Of a DNA stretch of 64,000 nt, positions 34,210 through 47,583 are shown in pieces. Source of the stretch: Ascidiella aspersa (Eukaryota); NCBI GenBank assembly GCA_963924565.1, contig OZ004614.1, positions 20,212,001 through 20,276,000 of the forward strand, given 5' to 3'. A program made the position numbers and the translations under genes. Each line of letters starts with the position of its first letter. Positions within the stretch are counted from its first letter, which is position 1. Below the pieces are notes generated by a model. That model did not search any database. It saw only the letters and a program-made list of their open reading frames with translations, and was not told where the DNA came from.

Positions 34210-36983
34210 GATTATGTAGGAGCTTAATTGCTGTGTAGGAATTTAGAAATGTTAACAAAGCGTCAAAACGTTTCCTAAGCTGTCGGCCACAAATCAAAGG
34301 ATTCGAGGCCGTTCAAAGTCTTTTCCTTCTTTTTCGTGAACTAAGTTTAGCCCAAATAGCCGCTTTGCGAGCCTATGGGAGGCCCTAGCCCCGCGGTCAG
34401 AGTAAACACCATATCCGTTCTGGAATAGACTTTCGACAATGGCAGCAGTGACGTCACAGTTCTCGCACGCGGTGCTTCTCGCTGTCAGTTCAAACAAACT
34501 CAGCGTCTATGACGACACAAGCGGATACGTCATTCGTGACTGGGCGCGAAGTTAGCCCAACTGGAAACGAAACACGTCGGTTGACTTCGCAGTATGCTAT
34601 TTCTATGTTAAGATATAAGTGATTTATAATCGAGATGTACTTTCTGTTTTAACGTAATATCATTCTTTGAATCCTTGTTGGAAGCCATACATTCTGGTTG
34701 CAATATATTTCAAGCATCTCTTAATCGTTTTTTTTTTAGATATAACTGGGTCATGCTTAGCCACTAAAACACGGCTGTCCTTCTAAAATTCAAGCTTAAT
34801 TTCCCCACTTCTCTAAATTTAGTTTTGCATTCTTAATGTACTTTAGACATCGCGCCCATTTTTGCTCTGGTTTCCTTTTGTTTATATTTTTAAGGCTTGC
34901 TTTTGTTATCCAGTATCGTAAATCTTACTTGTTGCGCTTTGAATTTATAATGAATTGATGATTTAAGCAGAGGGAAGCAATCCCCGCCGTCCCATTGATG
35001 TTGTCAGTTTTGTTAATATATAAAATTTGGTTTTATTTATTTTTTGCTTTGTATTGCGGGCCGCGAAAAAACAGATTTACAAATAGTGGTCCGTGGTCCA
35101 AAAAAGTTTGGGAAACCCTGCCATAAATGATGTTGATAAACTTGTTATAGGCTAACTTTTGCGCAAAAGCTTGTCAAATTTACAAACCCAATTCGTCTTT
35201 TTAGCAGCGTCCCTAGATTTACAGATATTCAGCTACAATAGGCCCACGAAAATTAAAACTTATAGGATTCATTACAGAAAAAAATTAAATTACTCTTCAT
35301 TAGCGGCTGACCCTATATAAATACGTAATATCATACCGGTTCCCATGTCGGCGTATATTTACTAATTTACCAATAATGAGGTCACCAAACGGTGTCACCG
35401 ACTTCCTTTGTGCCAAGCAACGTCGCTAGGGATTGTCTATTACCGCATATCAGCTATACTAATGCGTTATTTATTCCTATTGTGATGTCAGTGCAACATT
35501 AGCCAAGAGTGACGTACATTGTCTCGAGGGATTCGGGCCGTAGTCACACTAGCTCGCGATCCCTTGAGAGTTTCTTTTATTGTGGGAAACCACAACAGTT
35601 GTCGTTGAGTGAATTCTAAAAAAGACTATTACGAAAAAGGTTTAATTTTTGTTCAAGGAGATTTATATGTCCTGTTGAGGATGGATAAAAAAAGATGAAA
35701 ATATACTCTTGTGTATTATAGATTCAACTGAGAACATTTCCTTAGCTCCCAGTGGTGCTTTACTCACCAGCTTGCTCCCTACTCTTCCATAATCTTTAAA
35801 ACCTGCTATAAGGTCACGAAAGTTTGATGAGGCCGATACTGTTAATCGTCAATTAGCTGCGGCGACAAGCAGTGTCGCGTTCGGGGCTTTCCCGCGCGCA
35901 GTCTCCCGAAATAGCCGATTACGTTCGTGTTGACACATACTGAGCTACTTGGGCAGTGATGGATCGTTTTCGTAATCCCCCTAATTAGCCCCCTTGTCTT
36001 GTATGGGGCGCAATGTGACCCCCACATTGTTCGAAGCCCCAATCTCTCACCCTACTAACGCAACGCCACTCAGGATTATTGACCCCGATCGGATTAGCAT
36101 GTGCCTAAGGGTTTAGTTATTTCACACGGGTCATTTTTTAAAGTTGTGCCAAGGCTATGTGTGTGTGAACATCTTTTTTGTTTGGCGACTAGGTTTTTTA
36201 TGTAGTGATTAGCATGTTGGTAGAATAGTTTATGTGCTCCTAAGTGTTTTGGGTGAATTAATTATGTCTGTTGCAGTATTTTTTAACGCACATACACTGA
36301 ACATTATACTTGTTAAATTAATGTTGGTGGACATAAAGTCCTGTAAAAGGGGATGCATAGTATTCCGTATCACATGTGCGCCAAAGAATGGGAATTTTTC
36401 TGCTTAAACACAGGCAATAACAAGTTTGTTGGGTATAGCTTCTCCATCTGCTCAAACCTAAACATGATTTTTCCGCCACGCTTTTAACGTCAACTAATTG
36501 ACTGCCTTTACTGTGGGCAAAGACGTGTCTTCCCTTCTTCAAAAGCGTCGAAAGAAGCACAATAAATCGTGCAAGTATTCGCCCTGCGTTCCCTATTCTG
36601 CGCTGCTGCGAGGGAGTCCAATCGTATCGCATGTTTCAACTTACGCCATTGCTCCGAGCAATGTTTTCGCTACCCCCTTGCTGCCAATGAAAGTTACATT
36701 TTTGTGCCGAAGCGACGACGGAAAAATGGGGAAAACGTGATAAAAGTCCTCTGGCAAAGCGCTCCAAAGTGTTGACCATGTTTACCGACTTCTCATCGCC
36801 TAGCCGAATTCGTGTCGCCCGCCACGCAACGTCGCTCGTCGCCTTGTTACCATAAAACCCCACGCTCGCCCGCCAGATAATGCTAACCAGGCCCCCTATG
36901 GCAACGCCGAGTAAAAATAGAAAGTTACGTCGTTAAAATCGGTAGCTCCGTGCATTGCCTGTTCGGGCTGCTTTTGGTTAGTT

Positions 36984-37284
36984 CAGTGATTGTCAACCTT
37001 TTATGGCTTAAGGCACCCCTCAAAAATAATAGATACATTTTAGGCACCCCCACTGGGAATTTCGTTGAGTATTGTATACTGAAATGTCGCTATAAATGGA
37101 ACTACCTAAAACGTGTAGGAAAGTGTGATATAATGGTCTCTAATCGTACATAAATAGTTGTATCAAAGAAGCTTACCAAATGAGCAAAAATCAGACTCTT
37201 AAAAATTCTGAAATTCCTATCGGCACTCTTGAGCATTAGAAATGACACACCAAGGCGCCGCGGCACCCCGGTTGATAACCGCTG
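36984..37284. mobile_element. hAT MITE (copy at 43878-44182, fragment at ~57562)
   Basis: CAGTGATTGTCAACC...GGTTGATAACCGCTG; perfect TSD GGTTAGTT. Confidence 0.88.
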
Positions 37285-38175
37285 GGTTAGTTCTTTCGCC
37301 TTTGGGGTTATTGTTCATTTTTACTGGGGTTTGTATTGAGATCGCCATGTAACTGCTGAACTATAAGTACGTTAAATCGAGTCTGGTGTAAAGTTGTCGC
37401 GCCATTGCTGTAAGTGTTTCAGGTAAAATCATTGACCGGCCGAAATGAATGACTTGGTGGAAGTTTAATTAGACGCGCGATATTTTTGGCTTTAAAAACG
37501 CAACTTTATTCTATAAGCGGACAACAGTTTTGAATTTTTTTAAGCAAAACCATTGCAGTAGATTATTATAAATAGCACTTTCAACTTACACATTGACAAC
37601 AACTTTTGACGAACCACACATTTTACCAGAGCTATCAGTAACGTCTGAGAGACCAGACAAACTATACCTGTCATTGGGTTTCTGCTACGAACCGATAATG
37701 TCGGACTTTGCTGATTGATTCCTCCCGAAACTTGACTTCTGCTAAAGCCTATCAGACCTCGAAACAAGAAACCATTTGTTTCTGTACGATGCCGGTTGAG
37801 ATTGAAGTTAGTGATATCGACATTCGTGTTGAGTTTACAAAAAACATGTAGCACAATTTCCAGGAATTTGGTTTTAGAACGATTCAATTGCGCATTGTAA
37901 TTACAATTTAGTCAAAACTAATTGTATAGCCGTTTAAAAATATGCTGATGCTTAGATAAAATGTCTTTGTGGTATGAAAATTGCATATAAAAAGTGCATA
38001 TAAAAGTTAAAGATTCCAATAGGCATACGATAGCGCGCTAAACCAACTAAAACGAAAAAATCATACGATCAACATAACTTGGGACGCGAGATTATTTTAA
38101 TGGTACATAGTTAAAATAGGCAAAACATGTAGTTTTGGAGACCCTGGCTTTGCCCCTGGTTATGTGGTATCGTAC

Positions 38176-39680
38176 CAGGACCGGATTAAGGTTTTCATGG
38201 ACCTGGGGCTGTAGGGCATTCAGAGGCCTATTGGTCGTTTTTATTATGTTTATGTTCCAACCAGAATTAACATAAAATGAGATTTTTTCACTTATCAAAC
38301 AGATTCATTTAACATGTGTTCTAGTTTTGGATAAAGCAAAGCTGTTAAAAACTTTATAGCTGTCTATTTTTTCCAAAATCTCGAGTAGAGATAAGGAATG
38401 CAACCCATTTTGGTTCATAGACAAATGCATTTGGTTCAGTGCTCTTTTAAAGAATGAAAATGAGCGTCGCCTGAACAATTACTAATCATCAGACAAAGAT
38501 GCACCGTTAATGCAACAGATACTTTAGAAAACACAAACATGAACTTATTTCAATTAATAAATCTAAACATTTAAGCTCGCCGTTTTGTTTTGGACACCCT
38601 AGTTTGGTGCCGTTAGGGCTTCGCTGTTTTAGTCATGGATTTTTGGTCTTGTTTTGGGTTATCGGTGGACAATGGTTGGGATTATAAAATGGTTTACGGT
38701 TATTAGGGAAGTTCGTAATGTACTCAGGGGTGGGGTTAATAAAGTGTTTAATTCATAGGCCTGATTCTGACCTATATAGGTCTTATTCCGACGGATTTCG
38801 GACTTAATCCAATCTAGACGGTAATACGACTATTAGGTATTAGTCCTATTTTGGTCTTATTCCGAATTGTGTTTTATTCCGACGTTGATGTTGTTCTTAT
38901 CTCGGTCTTATTACTGGAGTTGGTGGTGTCTACAGCGGTTGCGAAACATTTTCTAAAATGTTTTTCTAAAATGTGGACCCGTTGCAATTATTTTGATATT
39001 TCCCTGCCCTACAAAAATTCAAGGGTCAGTTGACCTATTTTGTTGTAGTATAGTAGTGCAGTCACAATTCTTTCTAAAGTAACGAATTTTTAACCAGTGC
39101 CCTTCAACCGGTGAGCACGGTGCACCCTAAGGTGCACCAAAAAACGTATGGGGTGCCCTAGTACGAAAAGGTGCACAAGAGTGCATCACAATATTTGATA
39201 TGCAACAACAAAACAGTCATTTAAAGTCTTTTTGCTATTTTATTAAGTTTGTTTGAATGCTGTTTTATGACATGCAGCTATACTCGCAAGCAGCATGTAG
39301 CCATAACAGAACTCTCACCGACAGTGTGAGCTCAGCTCGGTTTAATTGAAACTATGATATTGATATGCATCATGATTTTTTAAATTGCTTTTTACCTCAG
39401 TTTACCTTTCAAGTAATAGGGTGCATGAGTTCGTTACAACAACTTTAAGGGTTCACCAAACCAAAAAAGGTTGAAAAGATAGACTAATGTTTAAAAACTT
39501 AAAGAGTAATTCGGACCCTTTGAAACTGCTGTTCGGGCCCCAGTTTGAGAACCGCTGCTCTAGAATATAACTTATACAAAGATAACATCGGTTGGTTCTA
39601 TTAAATTGTTAATGATGGGCCTATTTTTTTGGTGGGCCTGGGGCTGCAGCCCCCTCAGCCCCCGCCTTAATCCGCCCCTG
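38176..39680. mobile_element. hAT element hosting nested repeats
   Basis: CAGGACCGGATTAAGG...CCTTAATCCGCCCCTG TIRs; TSD TATCGTAC/TATAGTAC; contains HINE-like 38575-38920 and MITEs 38933-39557 and 39096-39480. Confidence 0.75.
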
Positions 39681-40693
39681 TATAGTACCGTTACTTGTCG
39701 GAAACGTCGGTGGTATATAGTTGCCAAGCCGATACCAAGTTATCATTTGAGCCATGATTTTCGTTCACCCGCAGCGATTCCACCTTGAAAGGTAAATTTA
39801 TTCAAAAATAATTCGTCAACGACCTTAGATAGAAACTTCTCAAAGCTAAAGCAACTAAACCTAAAATAACATCCCTTAGAACGCCTCAATTTTCAGAATT
39901 TTATTTCGAATAACAGAATCTTCCTGAATCCGATTTGTAAAAACAAATGATTCTGGTTATACAAAAATTAAAGATCAAACTAAACGACATTAATGTTAAT
40001 TGCATCTTGGCTGAGTTGCAGCAGTTGTGGCTTGGGTATAGCGCATCCCTTGACTTGAACAGTTTGTTCAAGTTTTTGCTTACTTATTGCGTACTTATTG
40101 TTTTATAAATTGTTACGTTTAAGCTACTAATGATGCTCATAGAAGTGAAATATATTCATCAAACTCCAAAGAAACTGATTTTGAGTTTACTAAGTATTGT
40201 ACTTAGTTTGACTATAAACGTTTCAACGGTTCAGTTTAATCTGTGTTGCTCGGTTAAGTACAGTAATGTCGTCATTTGGTATAGGAGCGGGTCGCAATAA
40301 CATCCTAAGATTCAAATATAAGTTGATATGATTTTTGCTTTTTATGTTTAATTGAAACTCCCGTGTTAAAATCAGCCGCACTTTCCGTTAACGATGAAGT
40401 AAATCACAAAACGCAAAACACACTTAAACATGTAATATTAACGCGACAAACCACGCACGAAAAAATAAAGCAAAGTCCCGAAACAGAAACGCGGTCGATA
40501 ACGTAACAACGCACATAAAATCCCAAAACTTTCCACCGAATTCTTGGCTGCGGAGTTATTTTCCTCCAACTTTCCCCGACTTGTTTTGGGAGCAACAGGC
40601 GTCCGACCGATCTGTGTCGGACAGGTCCCGCTCGTTAGTAGCGATTTCGCAGCGAACGCTTCCAAATAAGCGCCCGGCCGACTGACGGGCTCA

Positions 40694-41113
40694 TCAAGAT
40701 GCCGCGATCACTGGCCACAGCTGCCTACCTGCGTCAAACGACCCAGTTGCTGCTGCTTCTATTGCCTCCGCTGTACGTTTTGTTATGGGAACGCTGCTAG
40801 AAGTCGTGTGTTCACCGTACACAAGTCTGTACCTCCTCATTAACACTAAAGAAGATGCGAAAACGATGTTCTTAGACTTGTTTTGGGCATGTGTAGGTTG
40901 CACGGGCTGGCGATCGTGTGTAGCAGAACCTGACAAGTGTTTGTGCCGTCCACATGTAGTCGTGTTGCTTTCTAATCCGGCCATAGAAGGCGTCAACCCT
41001 GGCGACGGAGTGCTTTCAGTGCTCCAGCGGCGTTTGGGAATTTTCGAAACCATAATAAATCGGAGTTTTATCGGCACGGATCTCGTTTTTGCGTGTCTGC
41101 CATGTCTTGGCAT
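40694..41113 (-). CDS. Possible orphan single-exon ORF (139 aa from first ATG)
   Basis: Longest ORF in the last 36 kb (open 40694-41233), GC-richer than flanks, ends TGA-TGA; no recognisable domain. Confidence 0.25.
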   Translation of the reverse strand: MPRHGRHAKTRSVPIKLRFIMVSKIPKRRWSTESTPSPGLTPSMAGLESNTTTCGRHKHLSGSATHDRQPVQPTHAQNKSKNIVFASSLVLMRRYRLVYGEHTTSSSVPITKRTAEAIEAAATGSFDAGRQLWPVIAAS

Positions 41114-42036
41114 GAGCTGACGGCGATCTATAGAATTAGGTGCGATGGTTGTTTGGGCTATCACAAGCCCGTGCTTTTTTCGCGGATTTGCGGATTCTGT
41201 CTTCGGGGTTTGCCACTCGTCGCTGTTTCGCAATCTTCGCCACTATCGTGAGTTTATGCATACATCTCATAAACCTCCACTACATCTCTCTCAGCTTATC
41301 TGGGCATCGCCGCCCGTCGGGGCGTTCAGTTCATCGTTAAACAAACTCTGCGTCTATAGGCCAAGTCTTATTCCCACACTTTTCACAATCCCCCCTTGTC
41401 CCTCCCGCAGGTTAAGGCTAAGCCTTGCCTAATCGATTGTAAACATTTAGTTCCACTTTACTGCCTCCTGTAAGACCCCACGGGAGTCCCCGACTTGGGC
41501 CAAGGGGTAGAAAGATCATTTGACAACCATTGCGCCCTGGGTGACTGGCAGATTGGTAAACAGCATTTTAATTTGTTTTTTGTTTTTAACTCGAAGTTAG
41601 TTAGGAACGTAATTTGCGATTCTGTCGAATTTTAGTTTAAAGTGAAATGCGATGATGTTAATTTAATCCAACAAAGGCCCGATTACTTGCAAAATAAATC
41701 TTCCAGAAGCTCTACCGGGTCACAATGCCTAAATTTATTTTGTTTTAACCGTCAGATGTTTTAACTTTGTAGTTTGTATTTGTTTTCAAACTGTTTTTTT
41801 TTTATCATTATAGGCAAATGTGTCGGATATGCTTTTTCGAACAAGTCATTGGAATATTGTAATTCCTCGTCGTTCTTTTTGATTTTTATTTACTTATTTT
41901 GGTTTATCATCATATAACTATGTCTATTCGATTAAACTTTTGTGATTTCCGATTTACCTGGCATTACCTTGAGTTTTCAGCATTTTAACTAAAACACTGT
42001 TCCTGTGTTGACCACCAGACGTCGCTGTCGGTTTAA

Positions 42037-42373
42037 ATATTTTCGTATTACAAATCAGATGGTTTGCCTCTTTATGCTGGAACCTACTGCGAGTCAACGA
42101 AAGATTAGTCAGTCACTCCCCCAAAACTGTCCCCACTCAAATTGCGCATCTCTTCTTATTCACTTCCATTTACTTGTTGCTAACATACCAACATTATCTC
42201 AATATTTTCGTATTACAAAGCAGAATGGTAAAGGGTTTGCCTCTTTATGCTGAAACCTACTGCGAGTCAAGGAAAGCTTAGTAAGTCAATTCCCCAAAAC
42301 TCTCCCCCCACAAATGGCGCATCTCTTCTTATTCACTTCCATTTACTTGTTGCTAACATACCAACATTATCTC
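42037..42373 (+). repeat. ~165-bp tandem duplication (2 copies)
   Basis: AATATTTTCGTATTACAAA...CTAACATACCAACATTATCTC at 42037-42200 and 42201-42373. Confidence 0.9.
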
Positions 42374-43877
42374 TTCTCTTTGCGAGACAGCCAGGAAAAG
42401 GCAAATATTGAAGCTGGACTTTAGGCGCTGCTCCCCCGCCGACATAAACCGTGAATTTTCCAGCCCCGCAGTAAACAAGCCGTAAGTCCCGGTAAAATAA
42501 ACAGTGCAAATCTGGCCGGCCCACGGTTGCCAGTCGATTCCATTAGGGCCCTAATCCCGCAAGATGCCATGTGCGGCCTGAAAAGTCTGCTCTTTGTCCT
42601 CGATAAGCTGCTCAATCTTCTGCGGCTTTTCGGGGCCGTGAGAGCCGCCGACCGCAAAATTTTCGCCGAGGGGTGCCTCGCGCCAGGCGCGCAAATTGAT
42701 TTTCCACACCGCGGCCAAGCGATTTGCTAGGGCCGCAGCCACCTGTCAAGCCGCCAGTTATTATCGTTGCGCTTTAAATTTTAGTTGTTCCGTGCTTTTC
42801 TGCTGCCTTGCCTGACGGAGTGGCACTAACGCACGTCTGGCTATAAGGTCTTGTTGTTTTTCCATTTGCACACAAAAGATTCGGCGACCGCGTGGATGAT
42901 AGACCGAATGCGTCTTTCGTGGTGTGACTGCGATTTCGCTTTTGTACCTGCTATATACGCCTTGTTGTTATTTGCAAGGCGTCAATCAACGCAAAAATGC
43001 AATCGTGTGACATACAACATTAGCTGGAATAAATACTAAATGTTGATTAAAATCGCGCTTATTTTGCTTGAATAGTTTTGCGCTGTTACCTTAAGGCGTT
43101 TTTCACATAATATGCAAAGCGTAATACTATTTTTTTTTTTGATACAACTCGGGTATTTACGGCTTAGCACGCACATTTCGAACATGAGAATTCTCCTACT
43201 GGCGGGCGACGCATATGTAATTTTTTTTTCTAAGAAAGCAAAGTATTTATTTTTTTGCGGCCAAAGACGTTTTTCTCTGTTCAGCAAATTGGCGGACGAT
43301 ACATACTTTTACAAATGCGAAAAAGTTGGTAAGAATTCACATGGGCATATACCAGAGGTGAACGATCGGTCAATGACCAAGAGCCACATTTATACCTGAT
43401 TAACCGCAAAGAGCCAAATCTTAAACATGGGCAAAAATTAATATCGTCCATTTCTTTCCTTACTTTCACACATACCTTTGCTCAGCTAGACTTATTATAA
43501 AGAAAAGTCGTAGATTGTCACCCTGGTGTATATACTGTGATCTAGCCCTGCTAAAAGTAGTACTGAACGATTACAGCATATCCTCATAACAACATTAATT
43601 GTGTTAAAAAATATGTTTTGATTAAGCATTATTTTATAAAGTTGAGTTGTTTATCTTAAGTTTTGCATATAAAACAGTTTACGTTTTGTGTTATGTTTTA
43701 ATTGAGTTATTGCTTATAACCGGACGAGATTACCAATTGTAATAGTTTAACGTTTAATTTTTGTTACAAAGACTTTTTAAAAATACTTACATTTAAGTTT
43801 TATTTACGAATGACTTGACTTGGACTTAAGTCATTTCAGCATAACTTGTTTACAACACTGGCAACAACCCTGTATAC

Positions 43878-44182
43878 CAGTGATTCCAAACCTTTTATTG
43901 CTTACGGCACCCCTTAAAAATAAATAGATTTTTGCAACTCGACTGGAATTTTTGTTGAGTGTTTAACTGAAATGTTATTATAAATTGAACTGAAATCAAC
44001 TTAAACAGGTAGGAAAGTGTCATCTGATATAATGGTCTTTTATCGTACACAAAAAATTGTATCAATGATGTTTACCAATTAAGCAAAAATCAGATTCTTA
44101 AAATCCTGAAATACCTTTCGGTACCCTCGGGCATTAGAAATGGCACACCAGGGCGTTGCGGAACCCCGGCTGAAAACCACTG
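43878..44182. mobile_element. hAT MITE, family of 36984-37284
   Basis: CAGTGATT...AACCACTG; internal similarity; TSD CTGTATAC/CTGTAACC. Confidence 0.8.
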
Positions 44183-47100
44183 CTGTAACCGTAGGTCAGG
44201 TTAACAAGGCTCTAAATTGACTTGGCGCCGACTTTCCAGCGTTATGCCGCGAAGCGTTGCTGAAGGTTGCGTCAGTCGACGACACTCGAGCTGCGAAAGC
44301 ACCGCTGGCACCGAGAAACGCGAAACCCGAAAAACCGTTTTGCAACCTTTTTCGGTTCAAAAGTCACTCGCTTGCGTAAGAGTCGGAAATGTGCAAACAA
44401 AGCCTGTTTTCGAAACCAGCAAAGTTTCCACACACCTCGGTCCAATGAAGTTTAGGCAACAACTCGAACCAGGTTTCTGTAAACGACGGTGTAAAAATGC
44501 CAGATTTTAGCTTTAAATTTGACTAAGATATTATTAAGGACCTTGTTAAAAAATTGATTGAAGGCTGATTGCTGATTCCAAAACCAAAATATTACAATAA
44601 AATATTAATAATTATTATTAATGCATCTATTTATGATGTCGTTTTGGTAAATTTTGAAGACAGTCTAAAAGTAAGGTTATCAGATGTATTTTTTGCGTTG
44701 TGACACTTAAATATGAGCAGTAATAACACTGTGGTATGTTAACACCGATTTGCTGCTGACCTTTGACAGCAAAGTTAGCTTTTCGGCTCAAGTTTTAACG
44801 CTAGCTTGGCAAAACGAAATTAACCGTGCATTAGTAACCGGTAAGGCGAGTTACAAAATATGCCAACAAAGCCAGAAATTCCTAGCGCCGCAATTTTGAT
44901 GCTGACCTTCGAAGGTCGCTGTTTTTTTTACTAGTAAGCAATAGAACTTTCCAGATGCCGTACAAAAATGCCACTGCGCCACAGAAGTTGTGCGCAAACT
45001 GCCCCCAGGCTGTAGTCGGAATTCCCAATTATCCTGTCAGGCGGGTGTTTACCGAAACCCCTGAAATTCTTGGCCCGTTCAATTGCGGCCAGACTTATTA
45101 TCCGAGTCGAGAGCAATTCCATTCCACCCGCGGCTCACGCGGCCACGCAGGAATCCCAGGAATTCCGAATTGACCCAGTATGCCCCATGACAATGTGCGC
45201 CGCCCCTGAACAATGCGCCTCCCCTAATCTCGAGACTCATTGCGATCACGTGGCTAAGTGGGTCGCCTTCACCAGTGCGTGAACACTCGGCTGGAATTCC
45301 TCTGACTGTGACGTAACACGGAGTGAAACGAGGTTGTTTTCGTTCGAAATTTCGACTGTCTTCTTCTTCGTTTTGTTGTCTGTCTGGGGCTTAGCTACAC
45401 ATCGGAACGCGGCTGATGCAATCGCGTGGCTTATTAGCTTGTTTTGTGACCTACTTGTAATCCTTTCTTAGTGGCTGTTATTTCAAAATTGCTCATTCGG
45501 CGTAAAAGTGAGTTTATTTTTCAGTTATATACAATGTTACAGTGTCCAAGCCATTTGAGTTCACCTGTGTATATATGGGATTTCTGAAAAGAGCCACATC
45601 ATTTTGCAGTGCTAGAAATCGCTGTCTTCTTCTCCAAGTTTAAAATAAAGTTCTTCTACAAGTTTTTCTTTCTTTGGTACAAGTTTTAAAAGTGTCATGG
45701 TGACTGCATTTTAGACACAATTTCCACGCGAAATTCGCGGGAAGACTGAATGACGGACAACGATCGTTAGCCGCGAATCTTCTTTCGCCGTTCCAAGGGC
45801 CCTTGGCGCGGCCCCGAGTGGCACCTGGCATGTAGCGACCGCGACAAGTGTCACCCGTCATGTTGCCATTGTTGCTCGCGACAATCCAAGAATCCAATCC
45901 AGCTCGATCGAGACACTCAAGTACCGTTTCGAGGTCGAGCTACTGCGGCCTGCGCATGCACTTGCGCCCGACAGTCGAGAACATCCCAATTACCTTGCGC
46001 CGACGTGTCGCTAATTAAGAAGACGCTCCGCAGAGAAACCAACCTGTCACGACAAGAGTGGAGTGTTGTGACGGGCGAACAAGAAATTCCAGCCGCTCAA
46101 CGCTCGCCAGTCGTAAGCCGAGACTAATTAGGCCGCAAGAGCCGAAATCCTTTTACGCCGAATGAACTTGATCGCATTAGCGGCCGATCGGGGCTCTTTC
46201 GAGCACGTTTTTTCGCCTCGGCCTGTAAACAGCTAGCAGCACGGTGCGCTATGCTAATGGCTGTCGGGCAATTTGAGCTGAGCTGTTTCATCGCTCCTGT
46301 ACGCGACGTGGCTGTTTAGAAGTATTTCGGGCCCAATTTTTGGTAATGACCTTTCGGTGCGTTAATCGCCATTAACCAGCTTTCGCCACATACTGATCTC
46401 TTGTACGTTAATTTGTTGAGTATTTTAGGCACACTTTGTTGATTCGTGCTGGAATTATAATTGTTCTTGAATGGCTAATTTTCAATGTTTAACGTGCGCT
46501 AAATAATTGGCATTGTAAAGCGGGCGTCGTAAATCCTCGTTAAACCCGTTAAACATGCTTAGGCTTCATGTTTTATATATATATATTTTAGGGTAAAGTG
46601 CGCACAATCGTGCACCGAATCTTCTCTCTGTGGGCGTGTTACTAAATTCACACTTCTTGGTAGCGCAGGCAAGACGTCTTTCAGGTTTATTTGATCTCGA
46701 AATAAAGGGAGCTATCATTTTTTTAATGACTTACCTGAAGTGTACTTTATTTACTTTATTTCAACTGAACTTGACTTAAGTATATTGGACAATTTACTTT
46801 ACTTGACTTAAACTCAAATGTTGTCATTGAATTAGTTTTTTAGGTGAAATTGGTTTATTCAGCCAACTGCATTAAGCACGCGTAATTCCAAATAAAATAT
46901 TGATCACTGTCAAATAAGTTTACCAATTGTAAAATTTTATTATTTATTCAAAACTTGAACTTGACAATCAATGTCAATAACTTGGACTTTGACTTGCCAT
47001 TTTAACGACTCGATTTTTTTTTTCCAACGACTCGATTTGTTTGTAACCACCCCAAAACACTGGGACCTACACGCGTTGGTTGGAGAGACTGTCAGAAGAA

Positions 47101-47402
47101 AAAAAACCCTAAAAAAGCCACGCAGTTACACGCATTCGATGGCAGCTATATACTCTTCATATTGTCGAGTCTCACTCAGTTTGCGTACGAATCGTTTGAA
47201 ATTGCGACCAAAGGGGATCATCTCAAATCCATAAAGCCGCGATTCGGCCTATATTATACCGAGTCACGCCGTTGCGCCTTTCGCGGATTTTTTTACTGAC
47301 AGGTCACAACAATCTATGGGAGTTTTTATTGCACTGGCATATTTTGATCGTTTATTATTCACTCTGGATCTCAGTCGTTTTTGACACTAAATGCTTGAAA
47401 TA

Positions 47403-47583
47403 AATGAGGATCTATGAAATGAAAGAATGAGGATCTATGAAATGAAAGAATGAGGATTTATGAAATGAAAGAATGAGGATCTATGAAATGAATGAATGAG
47501 GATCTATGAAATGAAAGAACGAGGATCTATGAAATGAAAGAATGAGGATCTATGAAATGAAAGAATGAGGATTTATGAAATGA
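47403..47583 (+). repeat. 23-bp minisatellite (AATGAGGATCTATGAAATGAAAG) x~8
   Basis: Direct reading; four copies carry single substitutions. Confidence 0.95.

Noticed and set aside
36318-37887. Possible minus-strand spliced gene (exon-like ~37669-37782 and ~36318-36455)
   Set aside because: Splice signals are plausible but the joined peptide has no recognisable features; unsupported without transcripts
46221-46270. Hairpin containing TAGCAGCACG (miR-15/16-like seed)
   Set aside because: Stem too short and bulged; the putative mature sequence would span the loop
47403-47583. CRISPR-like appearance of regular repeats (also 8359-8570, 23661-23728, 60446-60540)
   Set aside because: Head-to-tail repeats with no unique spacers, no cas genes, eukaryotic context
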